From contig DASVVE010000023.1 of the NCBI GenBank assembly GCA_036386675.1, positions 7,786 to 71,785 of the forward strand: a stretch of DNA of 64,000 bases, given 5' to 3'. The translations under genes were made by a program, and so were the position numbers. The notes under the pieces are model-generated. The model was given only the letters and a program-made list of their open reading frames with translations, had not been told where the DNA came from and made no database searches. This document shows positions 47,646-56,171 of this stretch, piece by piece; position 1 is the stretch's first letter; the number at the start of each line of letters is the position of its first letter. The stretch comes from Chloroflexia bacterium. GTDB lineage: Bacteria; Chloroflexota; Chloroflexia; QHBQ01; JADMIH01.

Positions 47646-48224
47646 CTAGACCGAATAGAAGACCTCTAGCTTTTCCTTGTTCACGACCACCAATTCCCGC
47701 TGCCACGGGGTATTGGGCCGAACTATGAGGTAGACAGTTGCCTTAGTGATGGGGATGAAGGGGTCGTGGCCCTGGAGCAGGGTTTCGAGGGTAGCCCCGG
47801 CGAGCAGGTGGCACTGGCCGTAGATGATGAAGGTGTCGGTCAGGGCGTAGCAGGGGACGGCCTGCTTGTGTACGTAGTATTCGCGGCCGGGACCGAGGCT
47901 TTGCGGCTGGCCGGGGGCATGTGGCTGTTGAGTTTGTTGGGTCTGCTGGGTCTGCTGGGTCTGCTGGGGTATGGTGGCGGCGAATTGTATGTGGTCGCGG
48001 CCGACGTACACAGACGTTGCCATCTTCTGGGGGCTGGTGTTCGCCTGGCCCAGCGGGGTGACAGTAGCGCCGTTCACCGTGAAGAAGTCCCGGTCACGGC
48101 GGTTGATGAGGTCGCTGGTGCGCTTGAAGGGGCCGGATATCGAACCCTGGATAAAGAGGCGAGCGGTGTATAGCTCGACGTTATGGCTGATTGGCCCGGA
48201 GGGCATGGCCGTGTACTCTTCCAT
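47646..48224 (-). CDS. Hypothetical protein with internal duplication and a (QQT)4 tract
   Basis: 192-aa ORF with coding-like codon usage. The two halves share a pattern, and the central QQTQQTQQTQQTQQ comes from 9-bp tandem repeats at 47934-47969. No family recognised. Confidence 0.5.
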   Translation of the reverse strand: MEEYTAMPSGPISHNVELYTARLFIQGSISGPFKRTSDLINRRDRDFFTVNGATVTPLGQANTSPQKMATSVYVGRDHIQFAATIPQQTQQTQQTQQTQQPHAPGQPQSLGPGREYYVHKQAVPCYALTDTFIIYGQCHLLAGATLETLLQGHDPFIPITKATVYLIVRPNTPWQRELVVVNKEKLEVFYSV

Positions 48225-48377
48225 GATTCCTTCCCGTCATGTGTAGTTGTGCATTGGGGAGCGCCGTTGCGTTATAATGCTATAATCCCTGCGTATTTCA
48301 CACGTTATAGCAGGGGCCAGGCGCAGTGTTGCCTCGATTCGACGCTTATCTTACCACACGCTAGAAGCCACGCCTAG

Positions 48378-49466
48378 ATGACAGAAGAGTTACAACCCCG
48401 CCCCCAAAAGTCCCATAAGCAAGGTACGGGAGCCAGGCAGACCCAGGCAGGGCGCGATCCGAGGCGGCAGTATATCCGCCTGCACAGCGACGAGAACCCT
48501 TACGGCTGCTCGTTGCGTGTGCAAGAAATACTGGGATCGTCCGACCAGTACCACCTGCCCGCCGACCCGATGTCCACCGACCTGCGGGCGGCCCTCAGCG
48601 GCTATACGGGCTTCGTGCCGGAGCGTATCGTCGCGGGCGCGGGCACGGTCGAGCTGACAGAGCGGATGCTGCATGCCTTCCTGGACGCGGGGGACGCCGT
48701 TATCGTCTGCCCGCCATCGCTGCCGCAACACAACCTGGCGGCATCGCGGGCGCGGGTTACCCTGGTGCAGGTGCCTCGTGACGAGCGGTTCGAGGTGGAC
48801 ACCGACGCCATCCTGACCACCATGCGCAGGCAGTCGAACATCAAGATGGTGGCGCTCTCCTCACCCAACAACCCCACGGGCAACATTACGCCCCCTACCG
48901 CCGTGGTGAGGCTGCTGCAAATGGGCGTGTGGGTGCTGGTGGACGAGAGCTATTTCGAGTTCGCGGACCGCACGGTAGCGCCCCTGGTGGCCGAGTTCGA
49001 CAACCTGGTCGTGCTGCGCTCCTTCAGCCCGTGGGCGGGCCTGCACGGTCTGCCGGTGGGGTACGCTCTCTGCTCGACCAGGGCGGCAGCACGCTTGCAA
49101 AGGCTCACACCCCCCGGCTCATTGAACCGCGCAGGGCAACTGGCGGCCTTCGCCTCTCTGGGCGACCTGGAGTCCCTCCAACAGAGGGTGCGCCGCATAC
49201 GCCTCGAACGCGGGCGCATGTACCGGCAGCTACGCAAGCTGAACCTGATGCAGCCCTACTCCTCCGCCGCGCCTTTCCTCCTGTGCCAGCTCACTCGCGG
49301 CACTTCCCATCTCATTCAGCGCCACCTCCAAGACGACGGCATCCTCGTGAAGGGCATATCGGACCGCTGGCTAGCCAACCACCTGCGCATCAGCGTCGGC
49401 CTCCCCGAAGACACCAACCGCCTGGTCGCCAGCCTCAGAACCCTGGCGGGCAACCCGGAATTGTGA
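48378..49466 (+). CDS. Histidinol-phosphate aminotransferase-like (class II aminotransferase fold) protein lacking the PLP lysine
   Basis: IRLHSDENPYGCS, SSPNNPTGN and LVDESYFEF fit HisC-type enzymes. The Schiff-base motif reads LRSFSPWAGLHGLPVGY where HisC has SK..GLAGLR.GY. Confidence 0.7.
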   Translation: MTEELQPRPQKSHKQGTGARQTQAGRDPRRQYIRLHSDENPYGCSLRVQEILGSSDQYHLPADPMSTDLRAALSGYTGFVPERIVAGAGTVELTERMLHAFLDAGDAVIVCPPSLPQHNLAASRARVTLVQVPRDERFEVDTDAILTTMRRQSNIKMVALSSPNNPTGNITPPTAVVRLLQMGVWVLVDESYFEFADRTVAPLVAEFDNLVVLRSFSPWAGLHGLPVGYALCSTRAAARLQRLTPPGSLNRAGQLAAFASLGDLESLQQRVRRIRLERGRMYRQLRKLNLMQPYSSAAPFLLCQLTRGTSHLIQRHLQDDGILVKGISDRWLANHLRISVGLPEDTNRLVASLRTLAGNPEL

Positions 49467-49578
49467 TTTGGAAATTGGAATTTCGGATTGCGGATTTAGT
49501 TGTCTTTAGATGCACCCGGCTGGCATAGCTTAGAATAAATCAAATTCGCAATTCGAAATTCCAAATTCGAAATCTCCA
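49466..49578. repeat. Family 2 palindrome with an enlarged loop
   Basis: ATTTGGAAATTGGAATTTCGGATTGCGGATTT (begins at the last nt of the TGA stop) ... AAATTCGCAATTCGAAATTCCAAATTCGAAATCTCCA, which ends directly at ATG 49579. Confidence 0.85.
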
Positions 49579-50400
49579 ATGTCCTTCCTTCTTTCCTATC
49601 TCCTGGCTGCTGCAATAGGGTACCTGGCGTACCGGGCACGGGCGTTGTCCAAGTCGGGTGCGGTTGTGGCTTGCGTGGTTGGTGGGACGGTGTTTGCGTT
49701 CGGCGGGTGGGCGGCTGCTTTGCTGCTTGTAACGTTCTTCGCCTCTTCGAGCCTGCTTTCCTTCTTCAAGGCGGGTCACCCGGCCAAGCACAGGGCCTCG
49801 GAGACGTTCGACAAGGGCGGCAGGCGGGACGCGGCACAGGTCGTGGCTAACGGCGGTGTCGCGGCCCTCGCGGTTCTTCTCTTTTACTTCTTCCCGTCTG
49901 CCTTCTTCAGTGGGGCATTCGTTGGCGCGCTCGCGGCGGCCACTGCCGACACCTGGGCTACGGAAGTGGGCATACTGAGCAAGCGGCGGCCCCGGCTCAT
50001 TACCACAGGCGCGCAGGTACGGGCGGGCACATCGGGAGCTATTAGCTTGCTGGGCAGCGCGGCTGCACTAGCAGGGGCGCTCCTTATAGGATTGGTTGCC
50101 GGGTTGCTGGGGCGCTTTTCCGAAGGTGGGTATTTTCCGGTGGGTTCGATAGTGGCGGCTGTGGGCACCGCGCTTATTGGCGGCGCAACGGGTTCTATCG
50201 CGGACAGTCTCATGGGAGCGATGGTCCAAGCGAGCTACTACTGTCCCGCCTGCGACAAGCCGACCGAGAGCAAGGTCCACAAGTGCGGGACGCGGACAAG
50301 CCTCACCAGGGGAGTGGGCTGGATCAACAACGACCTGGTGAACCTGGCGGCGACTGTGACAGGTGCCCTTGTGGGCGGTGCTGTGGCTTTGGTCTTGTGA
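49579..50400 (+). CDS. DUF92 (TMEM19-like, TIGR00297 family) integral membrane protein
   Basis: RARALSKSGAVVACVVGGTVFAFGGW...LLLVTFFASSSLLSFFK...GGRRDAAQVVANGGVAAL...ATADTWATEVG is a typical DUF92 pattern. Confidence 0.75.
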   Translation: MSFLLSYLLAAAIGYLAYRARALSKSGAVVACVVGGTVFAFGGWAAALLLVTFFASSSLLSFFKAGHPAKHRASETFDKGGRRDAAQVVANGGVAALAVLLFYFFPSAFFSGAFVGALAAATADTWATEVGILSKRRPRLITTGAQVRAGTSGAISLLGSAAALAGALLIGLVAGLLGRFSEGGYFPVGSIVAAVGTALIGGATGSIADSLMGAMVQASYYCPACDKPTESKVHKCGTRTSLTRGVGWINNDLVNLAATVTGALVGGAVALVL

Positions 50401-50453
50401 CAAGTGTAATGAGAGTAGGGATGGAGCCGCGATTAACAGTACCCATGTAGGTC

Positions 50454-50485
50454 TTTGTCATCCCTCACTGCGTTCGGAATGACAA
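50454..50485. repeat. Collapsed remnant of the inner module
   Basis: TTTGTCATCCCTCACTGCGTTCGGAATGACAA retains both ends of the inverted repeat without the centre. Confidence 0.6.
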
Positions 50486-50645
50486 TACTACTCTGAGCGA
50501 CGAAAAGTGGCTCGTGCTCACTGGAAAGAGCGATTTTCTACCTCTAAGATAGGTGCAATCGGGCATATGTGGTGTTATAATACGCATCACCCGGACGGAC
50601 TTATATCGACCCGCATCGTGAAAGCTGAGTAGAGGAGCGAACGCT

Positions 50646-51152
50646 ATGGACGAGAGATACACCGATACCCAGGCCACAGGGGCACGCTCGGCTGAAGAGG
50701 CAGCCTGGGACGAGGAGTTCAACAGCACCAGGCAGCGCACCGGCGTGGGCAGTACGGTGGGTGAGCTTGCGCGGCTGACGGTACAGGTGCCCGGTGCGGT
50801 AGCCTCGATGACCGCTTCAATGTTCCCCCAGGACACGCGCAGGCACGCCAGGGCGGCCATGCGAGAAGGGTTTCTGGCCGTGCGCTCGCTGCTGGGGGCC
50901 ATCGGTGACGGCATAGAGGACGCTCTATCGGATAGGAATGGGCCTGCCTCCACGCGGCAACCCCTCACCACCAGCGGCCCTGCGGGCACCTGGGGCACCG
51001 CGCCCTCCGCCACCGACCCGCTCACTGCCACAAGCTCCAGGGCGAGACGAATTGAGATATCGGATATGGACTCGACGCCCGGCACTTCGGCAAGCGCCGA
51101 CGAAGATGACGCGCCCGACGAGCGGGGCCTGCGGGCTGAGATCGACTACTAG
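50646..51152 (+). CDS. Hypothetical protein (168 aa)
   Basis: ATG is preceded by AGGAG (8-nt spacer). GC3-rich codon usage favours this strand over the antisense ORF 50465..51085. No motif recognised. Confidence 0.5.
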   Translation: MDERYTDTQATGARSAEEAAWDEEFNSTRQRTGVGSTVGELARLTVQVPGAVASMTASMFPQDTRRHARAAMREGFLAVRSLLGAIGDGIEDALSDRNGPASTRQPLTTSGPAGTWGTAPSATDPLTATSSRARRIEISDMDSTPGTSASADEDDAPDERGLRAEIDY

Positions 51153-51171
51153 ACGCACGCGGCAGGTTATT

Positions 51172-51335
51172 GAAACGCCAAGACGCAGAGACGCCAAGGA
51201 CCACGCCAAGATTAAGGATTGTTTGGTTTAAACAAAAGGAGCAGGGTACAACAGCATGTACCCTGCTCCTTTTATACCCTCTAAACCCTAATCCTCTTGG
51301 CGTGGTCCTTGGCGTCTCTGCGTCTTGGCGTTTTC
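51172..51335. repeat. Family 3 palindromic element wrapped around a canonical terminator
   Basis: The left arm GAAACGCCAAGACGCAGAGACGCCAAGGACCACGCCAAG is mirrored by CTTGGCGTGGTCCTTGGCGTCTCTGCGTCTTGGCGTTT (38-nt perfect match). The right arm lies inside the 3' end of the GlcD-like ORF. Confidence 0.9.
51231..51276. terminator. Bidirectional intrinsic terminator
   Basis: 14-bp stem AGGAGCAGGGTACA / TGTACCCTGCTCCT with a 6-nt loop, flanked by AAACAAAA on one side and TTTTAT on the other. It lies between convergent genes. Confidence 0.75.
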
Positions 51336-52787
51336 GTCACTAGTTCTGAATTGGCCTGTCGGGGAGGTGCCGTCGAGGGCGGCGGGGAAGATTTTGCCAG
51401 GGTTGAAGCGGTTTTCCGGGTCGAGCGCCCATTTGATACGCTGCATCATTTCCAGGCTGGCGGCGTCGAGGCTCTTGTGCAGGTATTCGCGCTTCAGGGA
51501 GCCGATGCCGTGCTCGCCCGATAGCGTGCCGCCAAGCGCGATTGCCGCCTCGAATATCTCCCTTGCGCCTGCCTGCACGCGGGCCATTTCTTCGGGGTCG
51601 CGCAGGTTGCACAAGATGTTAGGGTGGAGGTTACCGTCACCGATATGGCCGAACAGGGGTATAACCAGGTTATGCCGGGCGGCTATTTCGGTCACTTTAG
51701 CTACCATATCGGGGATATGCGCGCGGGGCACCGAGATGTCTTCGCCCAGCTTGTTAGGCTTGAGGCGCGAGATGGCGGGGGAGACCGCTCGTCGGGCCGC
51801 CCACAGCGCCAGGCTCTCGGCTTCGGTCTCGGCCTGCCGGACCTCCATTGCCCCACCTTCGCGGCACAGGGTCGCTATCTCTGTTAGCTCGTTCTGCACC
51901 ACGCGGCTGTCGTTGCCGTCCTGATCTATGAGCAAGATCGTCTCGGCGGCGAGGGGCAGACCGAAGGGCTTGTAGGCCTCCACTGCCCGGATGCAGAGGT
52001 TGTCCATCATCTCCAGGGTCAGGGGCACAATACCGGCCTGTAGCACGCGGTTGACCGTTTCGGCGGCGTCTGCCAGGCGGTTGAAGATTGCCATGACGGT
52101 GCCACGGTAGCGGGGCTTCGGGATAAGGCGCAGGGTAATCTCGGTAATGACTCCGAGCGTGCCTTCGGAGCCGACGAATAGCTGGGTGAGGTTGTAGCCG
52201 GTCTGCACCTTCATCATCTTGCCGCCGGTGCGTATGATGCGTCCATCGGCCAGCACCACCTGGAGGCCCAGCACGTAGTCCTTGGTGGTGCCGTACTTGA
52301 GGCAGCGAGGGCCGCCCGCGCTCGTCGCCACGTTGCCACCTATCGTGCACTGCCGTAGCGACTGAGGGTCGGGCGGGTAGAACAGCCCGAGCTTTTCGGC
52401 TTCGGCCTGGAGGCGGGCGTTGATGAGGCCGGGCTGCACCACCGCGACCATGTTCAGGCGGTCCAACTCCAGCACGCGGTCCATCATGGTGGTGTTGACC
52501 ACGATGCCGCCCTGTGTGGGTACGGAGCCGCCCGCGAGGCCCGTTCCGCCGCCGCGAGGCACCACCGGCAGGTCCATCTCCCGCGCCAGGCGTACCACCG
52601 CCGACACCTCCTCAGCCGTGATGGGGGAGACCACCGCGTCGGGCCTGTGGTTGGCCCAGGTACCGTCGTAGCCGAACACCGCCAGGTCTTCGGGGGTGGA
52701 GTGCACCCTACCGGTGGGCAGCACCTGGCGGAGCCGCTGCACTAGCGGGGATACGGCATTATCGCTTTGCCAGGTCGTGGTAGACAT
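51288..52787 (-). CDS. FAD-linked oxidase (GlcD / D-lactate dehydrogenase family)
   Basis: VVPRGGGTGLAGGSVP marks the FAD_binding_4 part; GEHGIGSLKREYL and NPGKIFP mark the C-terminal part. ATG 52787 is chosen to avoid overlap with the upstream gene. About 30 aa after NPGKIF are encoded by repeat-arm sequence. Confidence 0.85.
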   Translation of the reverse strand: MSTTTWQSDNAVSPLVQRLRQVLPTGRVHSTPEDLAVFGYDGTWANHRPDAVVSPITAEEVSAVVRLAREMDLPVVPRGGGTGLAGGSVPTQGGIVVNTTMMDRVLELDRLNMVAVVQPGLINARLQAEAEKLGLFYPPDPQSLRQCTIGGNVATSAGGPRCLKYGTTKDYVLGLQVVLADGRIIRTGGKMMKVQTGYNLTQLFVGSEGTLGVITEITLRLIPKPRYRGTVMAIFNRLADAAETVNRVLQAGIVPLTLEMMDNLCIRAVEAYKPFGLPLAAETILLIDQDGNDSRVVQNELTEIATLCREGGAMEVRQAETEAESLALWAARRAVSPAISRLKPNKLGEDISVPRAHIPDMVAKVTEIAARHNLVIPLFGHIGDGNLHPNILCNLRDPEEMARVQAGAREIFEAAIALGGTLSGEHGIGSLKREYLHKSLDAASLEMMQRIKWALDPENRFNPGKIFPAALDGTSPTGQFRTSDENAKTQRRQGPRQED

Positions 52788-52816
52788 AGATAAGGAAGCG
52801 AGAGGATGATTCCGCT

Positions 52817-53494
52817 TCAGTTGTCGCTCCATTCTTGTTGAACGTCCAGCAATTTCCAACCATCGGGGGCCGTGGCATCGGGTTGGAAGCGATAGAGGTT
52901 GCCTCCCGCGTCTCCAATCCCGCGGAAGATGCTGCCGCGCACGGCCACGATGCCGGTGCCTGCCGGGCCGGACGCGATTTCGCCCAGGGTAATGAACACA
53001 CCGCTGTCCTTCACTTTGCCGCCGTCCTCAAGGGGGCCTACCGCGTCCGAGAACTCGGAGATGAAGTATTGCCGCTCCCCATCCACGGAGTCCATGTAAC
53101 TGCTCAAGGTTTCGCCTAACGGGTTAGTAAGGCCGGACTCATCGAGGCGCTCGCCCTGCCCCAGGAACGGGTTCAGGTAGACGGTAGTGGCAGGCTCGGC
53201 CTTGACGAGGTTGAGCACTACCAGGCCGTAGATGGTCTCACGGTCGTCTTCGCTGACGAAGGCGGGAGTGGCAACCGGAGTCGGCTGGCCTGCGCCCGAT
53301 ACCACCTCTGTGATAAGAGCACCGGGGAGGTTGATGGTGGGAGCGGTCTCGACGAGAGTCGGAGTGCTGCGGGCGGCCTCACTCGACCCCGACTGCGGAC
53401 CACTCATATCGCATGCTGAAAGCAACAAACCCAGGGCAAGCAGACGAACTGCCGCCACCCAGCGCCTCCCAGCCAGACGCCTATCCGACCTCAT
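52817..53494 (-). CDS. Putative lipoprotein, unknown function
   Basis: MRSDRRLAGRRWVAAVRLLALGLLLSAC has a lipobox-like LSAC. No family recognised. Confidence 0.55.
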   Translation of the reverse strand: MRSDRRLAGRRWVAAVRLLALGLLLSACDMSGPQSGSSEAARSTPTLVETAPTINLPGALITEVVSGAGQPTPVATPAFVSEDDRETIYGLVVLNLVKAEPATTVYLNPFLGQGERLDESGLTNPLGETLSSYMDSVDGERQYFISEFSDAVGPLEDGGKVKDSGVFITLGEIASGPAGTGIVAVRGSIFRGIGDAGGNLYRFQPDATAPDGWKLLDVQQEWSDN

Positions 53495-53652
53495 AACATA
53501 ACGCCCCTGATCTGAACGCAAAATGAAAAGCAGTAGTACAACGCCACTGCTATTCTACACGAAGCCTCAGGAGGCTTGCAGAGAGGGACCGGATGAGCGT
53601 TCGGTGAGCCTGGCTGGTGCAGGCAAAGCAACCTACCCCAAGCGCATGCCCC

Positions 53653-53877
53653 TTACTCTATGGCGCGGTTCGACAGTGCAACAATTCTGCGGGCCGATTC
53701 CCAGACCTGAGCAAGCTGCCCCTGGTGTAGTAGTTCGACGGGTGTTGTGTCTCGCAAGCATGGGTTGAAACCTATGAGCCATGCTCTCGCGGCGGCCTCC
53801 GAATGCGAACTACTGATCAATTGTGCAACTCCGTAGGCTGCCCGCAACTGCTGCTCGCTTTGTACCCTCATTTCCAC
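53653..53877 (-). CDS. DUF2384 (Xre/MbcA/ParS antitoxin C-terminal domain)-like fragment, orphan
   Basis: ARAWLIGFNPCLRDTTPVELLHQGQLAQV resembles the toxin-binding domain of RES-Xre antitoxins. It is only 74 aa, an in-frame TAG lies 11 codons upstream, and no RES-type ORF is nearby. Confidence 0.4.
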   Translation of the reverse strand: MEMRVQSEQQLRAAYGVAQLISSSHSEAAARAWLIGFNPCLRDTTPVELLHQGQLAQVWESARRIVALSNRAIE

Positions 53878-54117
53878 TACGTCGCCACTCGTCCGGCACG
53901 ATACAGTCCTGGCATCCTAGACTCCGGCTATATGAGCCGTCATCCGTCTCACCAGCAGAGACGTAATGTCCGGCTACGCGTGTGGCACGTTACCTGAAGA
54001 ACCTTGTGATGCTGAGAACCGCCCTTACTTCAGGTGGAACACCCAGGTGACCAGGGGACAGGCTTCTAAGATTGTAGCCAACACCTTCTATCCTGGCTGC
54101 CAATCAGTGGTACTGAC

Positions 54118-54237
54118 GAGGACTGAGGGCTGAGTCAGAAGAATAGAGAAGCGGCTAGTGCGCAAACTAGCCGCCTTTTTTATATGAGCATGTTGGATAA
54201 CCACCACTCAGTCCTCAGTCCTCAGTCCTCAGTCCTC
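54118..54237. repeat. CAGTCCT-heptamer hairpin wrapped around a terminator
   Basis: GAGGACTGAGGGCTGAGT (54118-54135) pairs with ACTCAGTCCTCAGTCCTCAGTCCTCAGTCCTC (54207-54237). The DUF4388 stop codon (54229-54231) lies inside the array. Confidence 0.85.
54137..54182. terminator. Intrinsic terminator (bidirectional shape) downstream of the DUF4388 gene
   Basis: 9-bp stem GCGGCTAGT / ACTAGCCGC with T7 on the plus strand and a U-rich UUCUCUAUUCUUC tail on the minus strand. Confidence 0.65.
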
Positions 54238-55623
54238 GGTACTGCTCCGTAGGTCCGCCATGTCGAGGAGACCTTCGAGGGCGTAGAACTCGTACATGCG
54301 CATTAGGGCGCGGCTTTCGGGGTCCATGTGCTGGTAGAGGGCTTCGGTGAGGCCCTTGCGGATTTCGGCCGGGAAGAGCTTGGCGAAGCGGTTTTGCTCG
54401 ATAGCGACGAATAGCTTGTAGAGGTCGAGCAGGGCAATCGTGTCGATGGACAATTCCTGGTCGGTCATGCGAATCTTACCGACGTGCATGCGGGTCTTGA
54501 GCTTGTTTTCGCGGCAGAAGCGGTTTAGCTCGTACTCGAACTCCATCGCCTTGCGCGAGTAGCCGTACATCACCAGCTTGATATAGATCGCCTCCACGGT
54601 GTAGCGGAATAGCTCCATCACGCGGTGCTTGTTGGGGGGCACAGGCTCGACCAGGCTGAGGCGGGTGAGGCCATGCAGCAGCTTGGCGGTCTCGAACTGG
54701 GTGCGCTGTCGCCTGCGGGCGATGGTAGCCACGTCGCTCACGCCGTCCACCATAGTGAGCACGTCGCGGGCTTCGTCCGATAGCGGCCCGGTGGCGGGCC
54801 TGGGCAGGCGGCGGAAGGCCATGAGCACGGAAGGCACCACGGGGGCGATTTTGATCCATTCGTCCACGCGGCGGGTGCCCTCGATGATGAGCTTCTCGGC
54901 GCTCACCGATACGGGCGTGCCGTCGGCCTTCACCAGCAGGTCGCCCTGGAAGGTGAAGCGACAATTGCGCCAGAGGAACAGGGTGTAGATGGTGGCTTCC
55001 AGCATCTGCTCCTCGCACCAGTTCAGGTCGTCCATTGTGACGAGGCGGTGCTGCAAAAGAAGCTGCGAGGGGTCGGGGCCGCTACGCTCCTGCTGGGTGA
55101 GGTTGCCGGTATAGCCGCTAGGGGGCGTGAACACCTCGATGTCCTCGAAGTTCTCCATGTGGGGGGCGGTGCCGCCCGAGTCTAGGTTGAAGGCGTCGGC
55201 GTAAGCGTCCCGGCCGTTGGCGCGGTCGTTGAGGCCGCCGGTGGTGGGCGCTTTGAAGTGGCCGCCGTTGCGACCGACCGTGGCGCTCACGCTGGCGGGG
55301 GACTCGCGTTGCGGCTGGATCGATTCTTCCTTTTCGGTGACGCCGAGCACGCGCTTCCAGTCGTAGCCGAAGTAGCGCTGTAGCTGCATCGGGTTGAGCT
55401 TACCGGCCTGGATGAGAAGATCGACCACGCTGGGCAGGCGGGTAGCGGCCGCGATGTAGCTGATGCGGCCCTGCTCGAAGCAGATGGTGCGCGTATTCCA
55501 GCCCTGGATAAGGGTGAGCGTGCCCGTCTTCTGGGTGAAAGACAGGGTCTGCAACAGGTCGGTCAGGGTAAATAGACCGATCCGCCCTTGCAGGTCAAAT
55601 TCTTCTTTCTCGTGTGTATCCAT
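54229..55623 (-). CDS. DUF4388 (PATAN-like) domain protein
   Basis: DLQGRIGLFTLTDLLQTLSFTQKTGTLTLIQGWNTRTICFEQGRISYIAA is the DUF4388 signature. ATG 55623 begins just before it. The longer track ORF reaches to within about 10 nt of the family 3 repeat (55834). Confidence 0.7.
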   Translation of the reverse strand: MDTHEKEEFDLQGRIGLFTLTDLLQTLSFTQKTGTLTLIQGWNTRTICFEQGRISYIAAATRLPSVVDLLIQAGKLNPMQLQRYFGYDWKRVLGVTEKEESIQPQRESPASVSATVGRNGGHFKAPTTGGLNDRANGRDAYADAFNLDSGGTAPHMENFEDIEVFTPPSGYTGNLTQQERSGPDPSQLLLQHRLVTMDDLNWCEEQMLEATIYTLFLWRNCRFTFQGDLLVKADGTPVSVSAEKLIIEGTRRVDEWIKIAPVVPSVLMAFRRLPRPATGPLSDEARDVLTMVDGVSDVATIARRRQRTQFETAKLLHGLTRLSLVEPVPPNKHRVMELFRYTVEAIYIKLVMYGYSRKAMEFEYELNRFCRENKLKTRMHVGKIRMTDQELSIDTIALLDLYKLFVAIEQNRFAKLFPAEIRKGLTEALYQHMDPESRALMRMYEFYALEGLLDMADLRSSTED

Positions 55624-55833
55624 GAGGGTGCCGTGCCTGGTTAGTGGGCGTGCCGCGAGCATGGGGGTAAAAGTTGGAGTTGTAGGCGCGATTTTACCCG
55701 CGAAATGCTCATAACGCCCCCCATCATAGTAACAGCACGGGCGGCCCTTAAGGAACGGGAAAATGGTACTACACGACGCAGCCATCATGGTGGCACCGAA
55801 AGTACCATGCTTGGTGGCCCCTATTAAGAGACG

Positions 55834-56082
55834 GAACCGCATCACGCCAAGGACGCCAAGAATAGCGCCAAGGATTTTATTGGTTGTTCACCGCAGAGAC
55901 GCAGAGGACGCAGAGGGTACGCAGAGATAATGGTTGTTCGTAATAAGTAAGGGTTACACCGCACTGTACGATGCTACCACTACAAAGAATACCCTCAACT
56001 ATTCTCCGCGTGATCTCCGCGTCCTCTGCGCCTCTGCGGTGCAACCGTTCTTCTCTTGGCGTCCTTGGCGTGATGCGGTTTC
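55834..56082. repeat. Family 3 palindromic element with CCGCATCACG outer ends
   Basis: GGAACCGCATCACGCCAAGGACGCCAAG...CACCGCAGAGACGCAGAGGACGCAGAG is mirrored by CTCCGCGTGATCTCCGCGTCCTCTGCGCCTCTGCGGTG...CTTGGCGTCCTTGGCGTGATGCGGTTTC. It lies in a divergent intergenic region. Confidence 0.9.
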
Positions 56083-56113
56083 GTCTCCTACTCAGTTGGT
56101 CGGCGCAGGTTGC

Positions 56114-56142
56114 TTGACTGTGGATTGGGGGTGCTCTATACT
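56114..56142 (+). promoter_or_regulatory. Sigma-70-type promoter of the FMN riboswitch / ribXY unit
   Basis: TTGACT (56114-56119), a 17-nt spacer, then TATACT (56137-56142). Confidence 0.6.
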
Positions 56143-56171
56143 GGAAGGTGGGACAACATAATAGCTAAGCA

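Noticed and set aside
50465-51085. The minus-strand 206-aa ORF as the gene in this interval
   Set aside because: The plus-strand ORF 50646..51152 has an SD and GC3-rich codons. The minus-strand translation is Ser/Ala/Arg-rich with poor third-position bias.
53653-54228. A complete RES-Xre type toxin-antitoxin system
   Set aside because: Only a 74-aa antitoxin-like C-terminal domain is visible. No toxin ORF or HTH domain appears in any frame that I can read.
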